Shown here in pieces: positions 1 through 9,615 of a stretch of DNA of 64,000 nt; the stretch's first letter is position 1, and the number at the start of each line of letters is the position of its first letter. The notes under the pieces are model-generated. The model saw only the letters and a list, made by a program, of their open reading frames with translations, did not search any database and was not told the origin of the DNA. The position numbers were made by a program, and so were the translations under genes. This DNA comes from a virus (lineage: Duplodnaviria > Caudoviricetes), in IMG/VR virus record IMGVR_UViG_3300024269_004845; one strand, 5' to 3'.

Positions 1-35
1 TTGGAAGACCAACATATTGCTGATTCTTAAAAAAA

Positions 36-69
36 ATAATGGCTAGTCGATATTCGACTAGCCATTTTC
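36..69. terminator. Bidirectional intrinsic terminator between a partial upstream + gene and ORF 72..698
   Basis: AATGGCTAGTCG-ATATT-CGACTAGCCATT inverted repeat flanked by A and T tracts. Confidence 0.75.
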
Positions 70-71
70 TA

Positions 72-698
72 TTATTCAATAATTAAAACTGACTTATTAT
101 CAGGGATATAAACATACTTATATCCACAGCTCTTGTATATTAATCTGTCGGTTGTTTTATATCTTTTACCATTAATTAAATATTCAATATCTCCATTATA
201 AACTCTTTCTGTGGCCTTACAACCAATAGCATTCACAACTTTAACTATTTCTTTTCTAAAAATTTTCTGGAGTTTTGAGATAAGAACATTTACATCTTTG
301 TCTAAGTCAATCATGATGCTTTTTTCTTGAGTATAAACAGAATACCCAGAAATAATAGAAAGATAATTATAGTGTGGCATTTCTAAAACAACTAAATTGT
401 TTTCAATGGTCTTTGCCTGTAAGAAATCAGTACTGTTTAAAATTTCTTCTTTTGTTTTTGTAGTCTTCATTCCATTTTTATACGTGATAGCATAATAGGA
501 TAAGTCTTCTCCAATATATACAATTTCTTTAATATTATTATCAGATACTAAAATATTAGCAACATATTCACCCATGTCTACATTTCTCATAAAATATTGC
601 TTTTTGTAATGTTTTGATATCTGTTCTATAAAATCAAAATTTCTAATAACGTATTTGGTAGATTTATACTTAAAATTTATCTTCACAAAAGGGTCCAT
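72..698 (-). CDS. Hypothetical protein (208 aa)
   Basis: Full ORF ending at a terminator; no recognisable motif. Confidence 0.7.
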   Translation of the reverse strand: MDPFVKINFKYKSTKYVIRNFDFIEQISKHYKKQYFMRNVDMGEYVANILVSDNNIKEIVYIGEDLSYYAITYKNGMKTTKTKEEILNSTDFLQAKTIENNLVVLEMPHYNYLSIISGYSVYTQEKSIMIDLDKDVNVLISKLQKIFRKEIVKVVNAIGCKATERVYNGDIEYLINGKRYKTTDRLIYKSCGYKYVYIPDNKSVLIIE

Positions 699-839
699 CC
701 TTTCTTGGGTATTTCAACTACTATATATAGTGCATTATATTCTATTAATTGTATAATACCACATTTTTTCTAAAAAATCAAGGGGGTAGAGAAATTTTTT
801 CGTTAAAACAGGGAGATTCTTTAAGAATCTCCCTTATGT

Positions 840-2762
840 TTATATTTTTTCGGTATATTTCTTCTGTTTGAAGTAACTGTTCTTTGTATCATAAACAGGG
901 TTTCTGTTGTGGGCGATAATAAGAACCTTTTCTTCATCCATTCTACGAACTTCGTCTGGGGTAATTAACTCTCTTCGAGTACCAGATTTTTGTACGCTTT
1001 GGCCAGCAAAAATACTTGTAGCAATATCTTGGCCTGCTTGATTTTGTGTTGAGTAACTTTTTGTTTCAATTGTTGTTACACCTGCAAGGTCACTAACATA
1101 CTGCGCAGAGCTTCCAGTAAGACCAGAATAAATCATCTTGGTTTTTAAGTTATTCATAATATCATTTGCGTTTTCTTCGCCATAATTTCTCTTAAGCTGT
1201 TCTACGCCCTGAATACCAACGCTGATACCTATCTTACGGCTACGAGCAGTAGCAGTAACCGTAGCAATAGAAGGAATAACTCCAATGTTTGCAAATTCGT
1301 CGAGCATATATAGGATAGGCTGTCCTTCTTTATGTTCCATTGTCATTTCTAATAATTGAGTAAAGAAAACGGACATTAAAGGCATCATCATTGTGGCTTT
1401 AGATTCGGGAACACATACAAATAACGCAGTAGGTTTTTTTCTTAAAATTACTGGGTCAAATAATCTTTCAGTGTCTGGTACTTTTTCACCATCTTCGTTA
1501 TAAACGAGAGGTGGGGTAACAAATTTTGCAACTTTGGGGTCAGTAAATAACTGAACATTAGTTGTTAATACTGATTTAATAGAAGAAATAGTTTTTTCAC
1601 TTTCGCCAGCAGACTTAAAGATTAAGAATAACTTATAGGCATCTGGACACTGTTTAAACATAGCATCCATACTCTTTAACGTACCATTAAGAATGATATC
1701 AATAGCTTCAGGTATGCTTTGTGTTTTGCCATGATGTTTTACATATACGAAAGCAGCAGCTAGCAAAGGAATAGACATGTTAATCCATTCTGCACCACTA
1801 CTTGAACTGCCAGTAGAAAGTTCAACCGCTTTGTTACCGTTGGTAAGAATCAACTGTGCAATATTTCTTAGTTCTGTTGCATCATCAATAACTGCTAATG
1901 GGTTATAGAAAAATTCATTTCTTTCGGGTCTTAAAGGTTCAAGCTTTACAATATTATATCCTAAACTTTCAAGATATGGGCTGGTTAAATCATGCATTTC
2001 TCCTTTCGGGTCAGTTACAACTACAGAGTGCTTTCCATCTATGTCCAATAAATTAGGGATAAAGAAACTGGAAGATTTACCAGCACCAGTAGGACCTAAT
2101 ACCATTACGTGTTCGTATGATTTAGCTGCGCTTAATCTTACATTTTTAGAAATTGTAAAACCATCATCTCCCGTTAAGCCATTTAAATCTCTTACGGTAC
2201 CTTCTTTTGCTGTACCTTGGTCACCATATTTGGTTTTGCTTCTTTTAAATTTAGAACCTCTACCAGAGCCTCCACCAGAACCTATGCCTGCGAATACGCC
2301 GCCCAATGAGCTTCCAATATCTCCAAGCATATCATTCTTTGCAAGAATAACGACTGGTATAATCAATAGCATTATAAATATTAATCCTTGGAAAGCGGCT
2401 AAACCAGGGGTAAACTTAGATTCTCCCTCTGTATAATACAGCTCAACTCTTGCCATATTACCATTAACATCTTTTACGAGACCTCTAACTGCGCCATCTA
2501 CTTTTTTATGCGACACGATAGGTCTGTCTCCAACGCCTGTTGAAACATATATTTTATCTCCAATATCTACTTTCTTATCTGCCTGGGATATATCAATATC
2601 TTTATTAATAATTGCTGCGGTTTGCCCAGAAGATAAAACCATCTCTACATTTCCCTTACCTAAAGAAAGGATGTTTGGCAAGGCAAAAGTTATTAAAAGA
2701 GCTAATATTATATATCCAACAATCATTGCGAGCGTGCCATATTTTTTGAAATTATCACCCAT
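840..2762 (-). CDS. virD4: VirD4/TraG-family type IV coupling protein, membrane anchored
   Basis: Two N-terminal TM helices; Walker A GPTGAGKS; VVTDPKGE; Walker B LDEFANIG; ARSRKI and RELITPDEVRRM motifs typical of VirD4/TraG. Confidence 0.9.
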   Translation of the reverse strand: MGDNFKKYGTLAMIVGYIILALLITFALPNILSLGKGNVEMVLSSGQTAAIINKDIDISQADKKVDIGDKIYVSTGVGDRPIVSHKKVDGAVRGLVKDVNGNMARVELYYTEGESKFTPGLAAFQGLIFIMLLIIPVVILAKNDMLGDIGSSLGGVFAGIGSGGGSGRGSKFKRSKTKYGDQGTAKEGTVRDLNGLTGDDGFTISKNVRLSAAKSYEHVMVLGPTGAGKSSSFFIPNLLDIDGKHSVVVTDPKGEMHDLTSPYLESLGYNIVKLEPLRPERNEFFYNPLAVIDDATELRNIAQLILTNGNKAVELSTGSSSSGAEWINMSIPLLAAAFVYVKHHGKTQSIPEAIDIILNGTLKSMDAMFKQCPDAYKLFLIFKSAGESEKTISSIKSVLTTNVQLFTDPKVAKFVTPPLVYNEDGEKVPDTERLFDPVILRKKPTALFVCVPESKATMMMPLMSVFFTQLLEMTMEHKEGQPILYMLDEFANIGVIPSIATVTATARSRKIGISVGIQGVEQLKRNYGEENANDIMNNLKTKMIYSGLTGSSAQYVSDLAGVTTIETKSYSTQNQAGQDIATSIFAGQSVQKSGTRRELITPDEVRRMDEEKVLIIAHNRNPVYDTKNSYFKQKKYTEKI

Positions 2763-2943
2763 AGATATCCTCCTTTTTTGTCAATTTTAAATAAAAAATA
2801 AATCAAATAGTAGATATAATATCATATATAATTATCTCTCAAATTATTATAAATAAAAGATTTAAGATAAAAACAAAGCTCTTGTTTATTTAAGACAAGA
2901 ACTTTTATGTGTAAAAAAATATATTATAAAAAAACAAAAAAAG

Positions 2944-3170
2944 AGGTTGCAAGCGTTAACCTGCAACCAAAATTGATTTCTGTCTCCAAATTACGATTTA
3001 CGATATATATTTACACGGGTTAATACACTTCCTTATTGTCCCATGGAAGCGGAGCTGGCCAACCCTATTAGGCTTCAGCTCGAAATTAACAGGATGCTCC
3101 AGTCGGTAATCCTGATTATCTTTGGAGTGAAATGGTAAGAAACGGAAAATCAAAATCCTAGCCATTTCTT
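2944..3170 (-). ncRNA. Candidate structured ncRNA (multi-stem junction) ending in an intrinsic terminator
   Basis: ORF-free, GC-richer island. Closing helices 2973-2983/3142-3153 and 2984-2990/3121-3127; hairpins 3028-3049, 3052-3081, 3090-3114; hairpin 2945-2968 followed by a U-tract on the minus strand. Confidence 0.55.
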
Positions 3171-3280
3171 GTATAGATAATATATATTATGTTTTTTATA
3201 TTCGGAATATTCCATTTTAGACAAAAATTTTTATTAAAAATAAAAAAACATGGTCGAACAAAAGTCCAACCATGTTTCTG

Positions 3281-5071
3281 TTAGCTTTTATAATATTTAT
3301 TGCCAAGTACTCCAGACTTTTTGACAATTACATTATCATCTGCTAGCTTTTCTAATTCTATAATTAGCTCTGAAGGCTTATAAATATGGCCTAACATCGC
3401 TCGTACTTTATCAACTACTTCATCTATCTTTACTTCATCAACTGGCAAAGTTCTAATTAAAGCCTTTTGCAAAGAGGTTAATTCAATAACTGATAGTTCG
3501 TCAAATGGGTTTGATTTTGCTTTGACATCTGTTACATTATATCTAATTAACACACTTAGAGTTTTCCCATAGATACTACTAGAAATGAATGATTCACCAG
3601 AATTGATATATGGCAAGCGTTCGATTTCTTCCTGTGATAAGTCAGTTTCTTTTTGAATAGACAACAAATCTTCTTTTATGCTAAGTTTAAAAATAAACTT
3701 CGTTGACATTTGAGCAACCACTGTTTCGTCTAGTAATGATGGACGTTGAGTTGCCATAATCTCAAATACCCCATATTTTCTACCTTCTTGAGCAATTGTT
3801 CTTAGTATAGTTTTTATTGGGGATTTGCTTTCATTTTTTGGACAGAAGATATGTGCTTCATCCATGGCAATGACAAACGGCAAAAAAGGTTCTCTCATTA
3901 TTCCAGAATCTTTTGAATCTATATAGTCTTTTCTTAAAAGATATAGTTTAGAAATTAAATAAGAGCCAACAATGTTAAGAGATTTCATTTCTCCTCTTAA
4001 AACACATGTTTGCTTTCTCGATAAAGCATTTTTTAAATCGGTTATATCTTTATTAAAAATCCCAGTTGAATTAATAGCATTAATTCTCCAAGAAATACCA
4101 ATTAAAGTTGTAGATGTTGGGATTATATTTTTATACTTATCCCAAAGGTCTTTTTCTGTGGGGGACATTGATTTGTCATCTAATGTTCCTTGTTCTAGTT
4201 GGCTTTTAAAATCAATCAGTGTTTTTATATTATTTGTTAAATTAACATATGTAGTTCCTTTTCTATGTAACTCTCGTAACAAATTTTCCATTGGTCCAGA
4301 AAGTTCACCCGAAAATCCCATAATTTTAATTAGTTCATCAGTGGTTAGCTCTGAAAAATCTATACCAACATTGTTACCAATTGTAAAAATTTGGAACTTT
4401 TTAGAATAATCTTTTTGGAGCTCTTTGGGGATATCGGTACGAGGAGTTGAAAAATTCATCTCCATATGTGGGTCGAATAAGATTGTTGGGATATTTTTGT
4501 TCATCATTTCCTCTGCAATAACTTTTAGTGCAAAAGTTTTGCCCGAGCCAGAACCTCCAAATAACCCAATATGAGGAGCTTCGCTCATTTTTTTATAATC
4601 AAATAATAATGGTACAGACGTTTGATTTAGCATTTGGTTGTTTTTTCTAACCATGAAAAGATTTTTATGGTTGTCTGGTACCGTATTCATAAATATATCT
4701 GTGCCATTGATTTCTCCTAATACAAAGCTATCTTCGATATTTTGTTTTACTAGGAATGGCTTTATTTTTTCAAACGTGGGTAATTTAACTAACGACCCAG
4801 ATTTGACTGGTTTTTTTATATAGTTTTCTACTTTTGCAGTTGCTATATAGATATTTTTTTCGTCTTTGAAGAAAAATTCTATATCTGGATATAAATCTCT
4901 CTCGGTCGCTTTTACGGTATCTATAGATAAATTTTCACTCTTAATAATTCTACAAACAGGGTTGTTATTGTCTGCATCCTCTATTTCGTAAAAATTATCT
5001 ATTTGAAATGGTTCATCCGTAGTTGCAAGTGTTACTATAAATGGGTTTGTTTTACCAACTATTCTTATCAA
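3281..5071 (-). CDS. herA: HerA/FtsK-family ATPase (N-terminal barrel plus DUF87-like P-loop domain)
   Basis: GGSGSGKT Walker A, LFDPHME, MDEAH Walker B, EGRKYG and ATQRPS motifs; in an operon with Mre11/Rad50 genes. Confidence 0.85.
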   Translation of the reverse strand: MIRIVGKTNPFIVTLATTDEPFQIDNFYEIEDADNNNPVCRIIKSENLSIDTVKATERDLYPDIEFFFKDEKNIYIATAKVENYIKKPVKSGSLVKLPTFEKIKPFLVKQNIEDSFVLGEINGTDIFMNTVPDNHKNLFMVRKNNQMLNQTSVPLLFDYKKMSEAPHIGLFGGSGSGKTFALKVIAEEMMNKNIPTILFDPHMEMNFSTPRTDIPKELQKDYSKKFQIFTIGNNVGIDFSELTTDELIKIMGFSGELSGPMENLLRELHRKGTTYVNLTNNIKTLIDFKSQLEQGTLDDKSMSPTEKDLWDKYKNIIPTSTTLIGISWRINAINSTGIFNKDITDLKNALSRKQTCVLRGEMKSLNIVGSYLISKLYLLRKDYIDSKDSGIMREPFLPFVIAMDEAHIFCPKNESKSPIKTILRTIAQEGRKYGVFEIMATQRPSLLDETVVAQMSTKFIFKLSIKEDLLSIQKETDLSQEEIERLPYINSGESFISSSIYGKTLSVLIRYNVTDVKAKSNPFDELSVIELTSLQKALIRTLPVDEVKIDEVVDKVRAMLGHIYKPSELIIELEKLADDNVIVKKSGVLGNKYYKS

Positions 5072-5712
5072 TCTTGAACTACCTCCTCTACTACGGATTT
5101 TCCTGAATCGTCTAATGCAACATTAAATACTGCATCTGCAGAATATTGCGTTTCTTTTGCGTGTGTGACCATAATAATTTGCTTATCATATTCTTCTGAA
5201 ATATCTTTGATAAACTTTGCTACAGCACTTGCATATCCTGCAGAAACAAATTTTGTTGGCTCATCAAGAAATAATGGAGCCGTATTTTTATTTCCGTATA
5301 AAATATTCATACAAATGAACGCAGAAAGAGAAATAATATCTGCTACACCACCACCATCAGAATCTGTTGGGTTAGTAAATGTTTCGTATCCATCATATTT
5401 AGTTCTGACCATAAAGTTTGCAGTGGGAACTGAATTTTTTTCGCTTGCAACAATTTCAACAGAAATATCTTTTCCAAATATTTGTTGCAATCCCATTGTG
5501 GCAATTGTTGCGAATCTATCATAAGACGTTTTTCTGGCCGTGTCACAAGCTTCTTGAAGGAGAAATTTCTTCTTTAAATTGGTGTTGTAAGTTTCTTCAT
5601 ATTTGGTATTCTCGTTTCTTCTACGAGTTATAAAATCTGTTTTTTCTTTTATTTGGCCATTCTTTTCTGATATAGCTAAATTGGTTTCGTTAAGTAATGA
5701 TTCTATACTCAA
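5068..5712 (-). CDS. Rad50/SbcC C-terminal ABC-ATPase half (split Rad50)
   Basis: Coiled coil, then signature-like SDGGG, Walker B/D-loop LFLDEP and H-loop MVTH; no Walker A. Confidence 0.85.
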   Translation of the reverse strand: MSIESLLNETNLAISEKNGQIKEKTDFITRRRNENTKYEETYNTNLKKKFLLQEACDTARKTSYDRFATIATMGLQQIFGKDISVEIVASEKNSVPTANFMVRTKYDGYETFTNPTDSDGGGVADIISLSAFICMNILYGNKNTAPLFLDEPTKFVSAGYASAVAKFIKDISEEYDKQIIMVTHAKETQYSADAVFNVALDDSGKSVVEEVVQD

Positions 5713-6095
5713 AGCAGAACACCTCCTAAAATAGATAATATATTATAGACTAACATTTCAATCGTGAAATACAGTAAGAATTTGGTTGCACCCTCGTCTA
5801 CGATTTTAAATTTCATGCTTTTTTTTCGTCTTAAAAATTCTAAAATTGTACCGATAACGACAAATTCGATAATAGATTTTGTGGAATAAATCATATCATA
5901 GATTTCTTCGTTTGGGGTATCTGCAACCTCAGTCAATACTTCGGATAACTCAGGATTTATTGTTAGCCCAACAATAATAATAGGAGTGAACACTACAAAA
6001 AATAATGCAGCTAAGAGAAGAGTATACATTGTTATATTCCACTCCACACTTCTATTGTCATTTATTAATTTTTTGAACACGTGCTCACCCCCCAT
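5709..6095 (-). CDS. Small membrane protein (about 3 TM); likely GTG start near 6080
   Basis: Hydrophobic segments; GGGGGTGA RBS before GTG; overlaps the downstream gene. Confidence 0.7.
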   Translation of the reverse strand: MGGEHVFKKLINDNRSVEWNITMYTLLLAALFFVVFTPIIIVGLTINPELSEVLTEVADTPNEEIYDMIYSTKSIIEFVVIGTILEFLRRKKSMKFKIVDEGATKFLLYFTIEMLVYNILSILGGVLL

Positions 6096-6099
6096 AAAG

Positions 6100-6366
6100 T
6101 TAAATTCTTTTTAATTCTCGAAGGATATCCATTGGGATACTATCTCCCAATTCATTTAAGAGTTTTTCAATATCTGCATCGATTTTTGCCAACTCGGATT
6201 CAGCTGTTTCAGGAGTTACCCCATGCTTTTGAAGGATTTCTAAGCTGGCGTCAAGCTTTGTTTGGCTAGCAGTTTTTGCGACAATTGCGTCATCTCTAGT
6301 CTTTTTCGTGATTTCAATCAATCTTTCGTATTCTTCTATCTTTTTAGTTACTTCTTCTCTATTCAT
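6100..6366 (-). CDS. Small coiled-coil protein, probable linker piece of the split Rad50
   Basis: 88-aa heptad-rich ORF overlapping the Mre11-Rad50N gene, with AGGAGG RBS. Confidence 0.75.
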   Translation of the reverse strand: MNREEVTKKIEEYERLIEITKKTRDDAIVAKTASQTKLDASLEILQKHGVTPETAESELAKIDADIEKLLNELGDSIPMDILRELKRI

Positions 6367-8788
6367 GAGAGCATCCTCCTAAAATATTATTGGTAACGCT
6401 ATCTGTTATAAGTTGGGAACAGATAGGACATATTTTTGCATCTTTTAAAACTTTAGCTTTTTCTTTCAAATATTCGGCTTCTTGTTTTGCTAAAGAATCT
6501 ATTTTTTTATTACTAGCTGTTACTTCTGCCTTATACTTTTCGCAATTTTTAATTTCTAAAGATATAGCTGATTTAGACTCTAATAATTTGTTCAATTGGG
6601 AAATTGTTTTATCGGCCGTTAATACTCCATTAGAAGCAGCAATTAATCTGTCAGCTGCTTGCATTGTTCTGCAATGCTTTCTGTATGCGATAGTAGAGTC
6701 TTTAATGGAAGACCCTTTATCTAGTAAAACCCTTATTTCTGGGATTAATTTTTCTTTACAGCCACTTAGTCCCACTAACATCTTTGAAATTTGTCTTTGA
6801 CGCTTTGTTTCTCTTGTGTATATGCTTAGATTATCTTCTATCAAAATGTGCTTTTCTAAGAGATTGCGAATGCTATTTACCTTCATAGCATTTCTAATAA
6901 CATCATCACAAGATTTTATTTTGCTTGTTGCGTTTAAAATATTTTTTCTTTCTGTTGAAGCTTTTTGTGTTTCCGCAGAAATTATATCCATTTTTTCTTT
7001 TAGTTGTTTTATTTTAATAAGATAGTTGTCTTGAAGTATTTTATTATAAATATCAACTAAATAATCTGCTTGTTTAGCTTTGGATTCGTGTTCTGTCTTA
7101 AGGGTTAAATAGGTGGTTATTTTTTCTTTTAATAACATTTTTTCTAGCAATTCTCTAACTTTTTCCATATGCTCTCTTTCGGCTGTTAATTTTGCAACAT
7201 CTTCAAGAGTTTTGTCAATTTGTGATAAGTTGCTTTTTATGCTAGATGTTATTTGAGAGTTTTCCTTATCTAAATCCTTAACTATCGAGTCTGCAGACTG
7301 TGTATTTTGTAAAGAACCTAATATTCTGGCTCTTTCTGTAGAACTTATATTATCATCAATTAAATACCATCCTTGTCCTTGGCGTAGAAAATTGATTGGC
7401 ATTGAAAGGTTATTAGTAATTTGCATATCGTTAAATCCACAAATGGATTGTACTAATCCTACCATATGCGTATTGCCTTCTTGTACAGTTCCGTCTGGAA
7501 AAATTACTTTATACCCATTTTCTTTTTTACTAATAAAACGAGTTATATAAGTGCCATTTACCAATTTTATTGTTACTGAGCATTTATCGGTTCCATGTCT
7601 AACCATTGAAGTACCCGCAGGTTTATTTTCAAGTACCCATCTAAACGCTCTTAGAAGAGATGTTTTTCCTTGACGACTTTCGCCCAACAAAACATTAAAT
7701 CCATCGGATAGATTAACTGTAGTGTTTTCATGTGATTGGAAGTTTTCTAAAGTTATGGATTCAAAACAAACATCTGTTGGAACCTTTAAAAATGAATTAT
7801 TTTGAAGTTCTTTTTCTGCTATGCGTTTTCTCAAATCATCCATTACAACTTCTGGGACTTCTTCTTTTTTGAAAACATCTTCGAGGATTTCAGAAAAGCG
7901 AGAATTTTGAGTTATTTCTAGACTTTTGATTTCTGATTTCATTTTTTCCGCAGCAGCTTCTTTTAGCTTTTTCTGTTCCACAACTTCTCTGCTCAACACG
8001 ATAGATGCATCGAGTGCAGATTTGAGAGGAACTTCCTCTAAAGAAATTCCAGAATCATCTATTGTTAAAATGATAACTTTTACTACCCTCGACAATTCTT
8101 TTACATCGTTCTTAAGACGAACAATTGCTCCTGGATTTACAAAATATTTATTATTGTAAATAACTGTATCGAATCCAATATGGTCATGGCCACAGAATGT
8201 AACATCTGCTTTAGTATCCTTAATTGCGTCAATTGTTGTATGACGAATAATTTTGCCAAGATTTTTGGGGGATAACATACCGTGCACAATATGAATATGG
8301 TAATCTCCCAATTTGTTGTCGATAATATAATCATCAACATATTCTGGCTTGTCCATATTTATGTGATAGTTTGACCCCGTTATAGCAACTGTTTTTCCAT
8401 TTTCTAGAGTGAAAATAACAGGGTTATCTTTCGTTACTAACTTTTGATACCCAAGAGCTGCAGTTAAACCAAGTGTGGTATTTGGCAGAGAACGAATATT
8501 TCCGCCAATCAAATCATGATTGCCAGCGATTCCAATCATTGGGATTGATTCTTTTGGGTTAAGTGGGTCTGTCCAACGTTTAATAATTTCTGGGATGAAA
8601 TCGTTTCTAATCTTATAATCACTGTCTGTCCAAAAATCTCCAGCTTGAATAATTGCAGATACATTATATTTTTTAGCTATTGATAAAATTTCTTCATCTT
8701 TTGCTTTTTGAGTTTCGTAAAAATCATCTATTCTACTTTGAGGTTTTTGCTCTGAATTGTGTCGGTCACCCATTAATAAAAATTTCAA
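6359..8788 (-). CDS. Mre11/SbcD metallophosphoesterase fused to the Rad50/SbcC N-terminal half (Walker A, coiled coil, zinc hook)
   Basis: GDRH, AGDFW, AGNHD, HGM and GHDH phosphoesterase motifs; then LENFQSH, GESRQGKT Walker A, a long coil and terminal CPIC hook. Confidence 0.9.
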   Translation of the reverse strand: MKFLLMGDRHNSEQKPQSRIDDFYETQKAKDEEILSIAKKYNVSAIIQAGDFWTDSDYKIRNDFIPEIIKRWTDPLNPKESIPMIGIAGNHDLIGGNIRSLPNTTLGLTAALGYQKLVTKDNPVIFTLENGKTVAITGSNYHINMDKPEYVDDYIIDNKLGDYHIHIVHGMLSPKNLGKIIRHTTIDAIKDTKADVTFCGHDHIGFDTVIYNNKYFVNPGAIVRLKNDVKELSRVVKVIILTIDDSGISLEEVPLKSALDASIVLSREVVEQKKLKEAAAEKMKSEIKSLEITQNSRFSEILEDVFKKEEVPEVVMDDLRKRIAEKELQNNSFLKVPTDVCFESITLENFQSHENTTVNLSDGFNVLLGESRQGKTSLLRAFRWVLENKPAGTSMVRHGTDKCSVTIKLVNGTYITRFISKKENGYKVIFPDGTVQEGNTHMVGLVQSICGFNDMQITNNLSMPINFLRQGQGWYLIDDNISSTERARILGSLQNTQSADSIVKDLDKENSQITSSIKSNLSQIDKTLEDVAKLTAEREHMEKVRELLEKMLLKEKITTYLTLKTEHESKAKQADYLVDIYNKILQDNYLIKIKQLKEKMDIISAETQKASTERKNILNATSKIKSCDDVIRNAMKVNSIRNLLEKHILIEDNLSIYTRETKRQRQISKMLVGLSGCKEKLIPEIRVLLDKGSSIKDSTIAYRKHCRTMQAADRLIAASNGVLTADKTISQLNKLLESKSAISLEIKNCEKYKAEVTASNKKIDSLAKQEAEYLKEKAKVLKDAKICPICSQLITDSVTNNILGGCSHE

Positions 8789-8909
8789 GATGGCGCACCT
8801 CCTTTACTATACATTATAGCATAAAATGTTTGAAAAATCAAGAGTTATAAAAAAAAGACTATCCGTCTGAGACGGATAGTCTAATTAGCATTTTAATATC
8901 TGCTATTAA

Positions 8910-9095
8910 TTACTTCAAGTTACCAACCTGCATGCTGTTAACAGAGGACTGAGCAGAACCAATCCAGCCAACAATCATACGGCCGAAAGCGATAAGGGCA
9001 ACACCCATGATAAGAGCAACAGCGATACCGATGATAGTTTCAACGGAAGGACCTCCGCACTCACCCATAATAGCAGTCTTCATATTCTTAAACAT
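8910..9095 (-). CDS. Flp/Fap-type (type IVc) prepilin
   Basis: 61 aa; short leader ending ECG, Glu at +5 (G|GPSVE) then a hydrophobic helix; strong AGGAGG RBS and own terminator; Tad genes elsewhere in the window. Confidence 0.7.
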   Translation of the reverse strand: MFKNMKTAIMGECGGPSVETIIGIAVALIMGVALIAFGRMIVGWIGSAQSSVNSMQVGNLK

Positions 9096-9615
9096 TTCGA
9101 ATAACCTCCTTTTAAAAATTTTTGATATTGTTTTTATATTGTAATATCTGTCAAATTGAGATATTACATAATTTGGTTTTATAGGAGATTATCCGAAAAA
9201 CTTAAAATCTCCAAAAATCAAATTATATAATATGATATTAATCATTTTTTAATTTTATAACTAAAATGTGCTTACTAGAACATTATTGTTATATTTTTTT
9301 TAGAATCAATTTCAATCATCATTTTCATATTTAATTTCATTTGGTTTGAAACAAATATTACAATTGACAATTTCTCATTGTCTTATATATCATATTTTAA
9401 TCTTTCTTTAATTTATTATCAAAAAGTGTTTTACAGAATAAAAAATGTTTTTACATTTTTTTCTAACGTCTGAAATCTTTTATTGGTGTCCTTTTCCTTA
9501 TATTTATATAAATAAAAACATATTATTTAATATGTTTTGTAAGTTCCAATTATCGCTTATATCACAGGATACACGTCCTAAAAGAAAAGGAGGTGTCCCG
9601 TTAACGGGAACTAAT

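Noticed and set aside
9445-9615. N-terminal extension of RNase R in the ORF track
   Set aside because: Composition looks non-coding; the strong SD at 9589 points to ATG 9616
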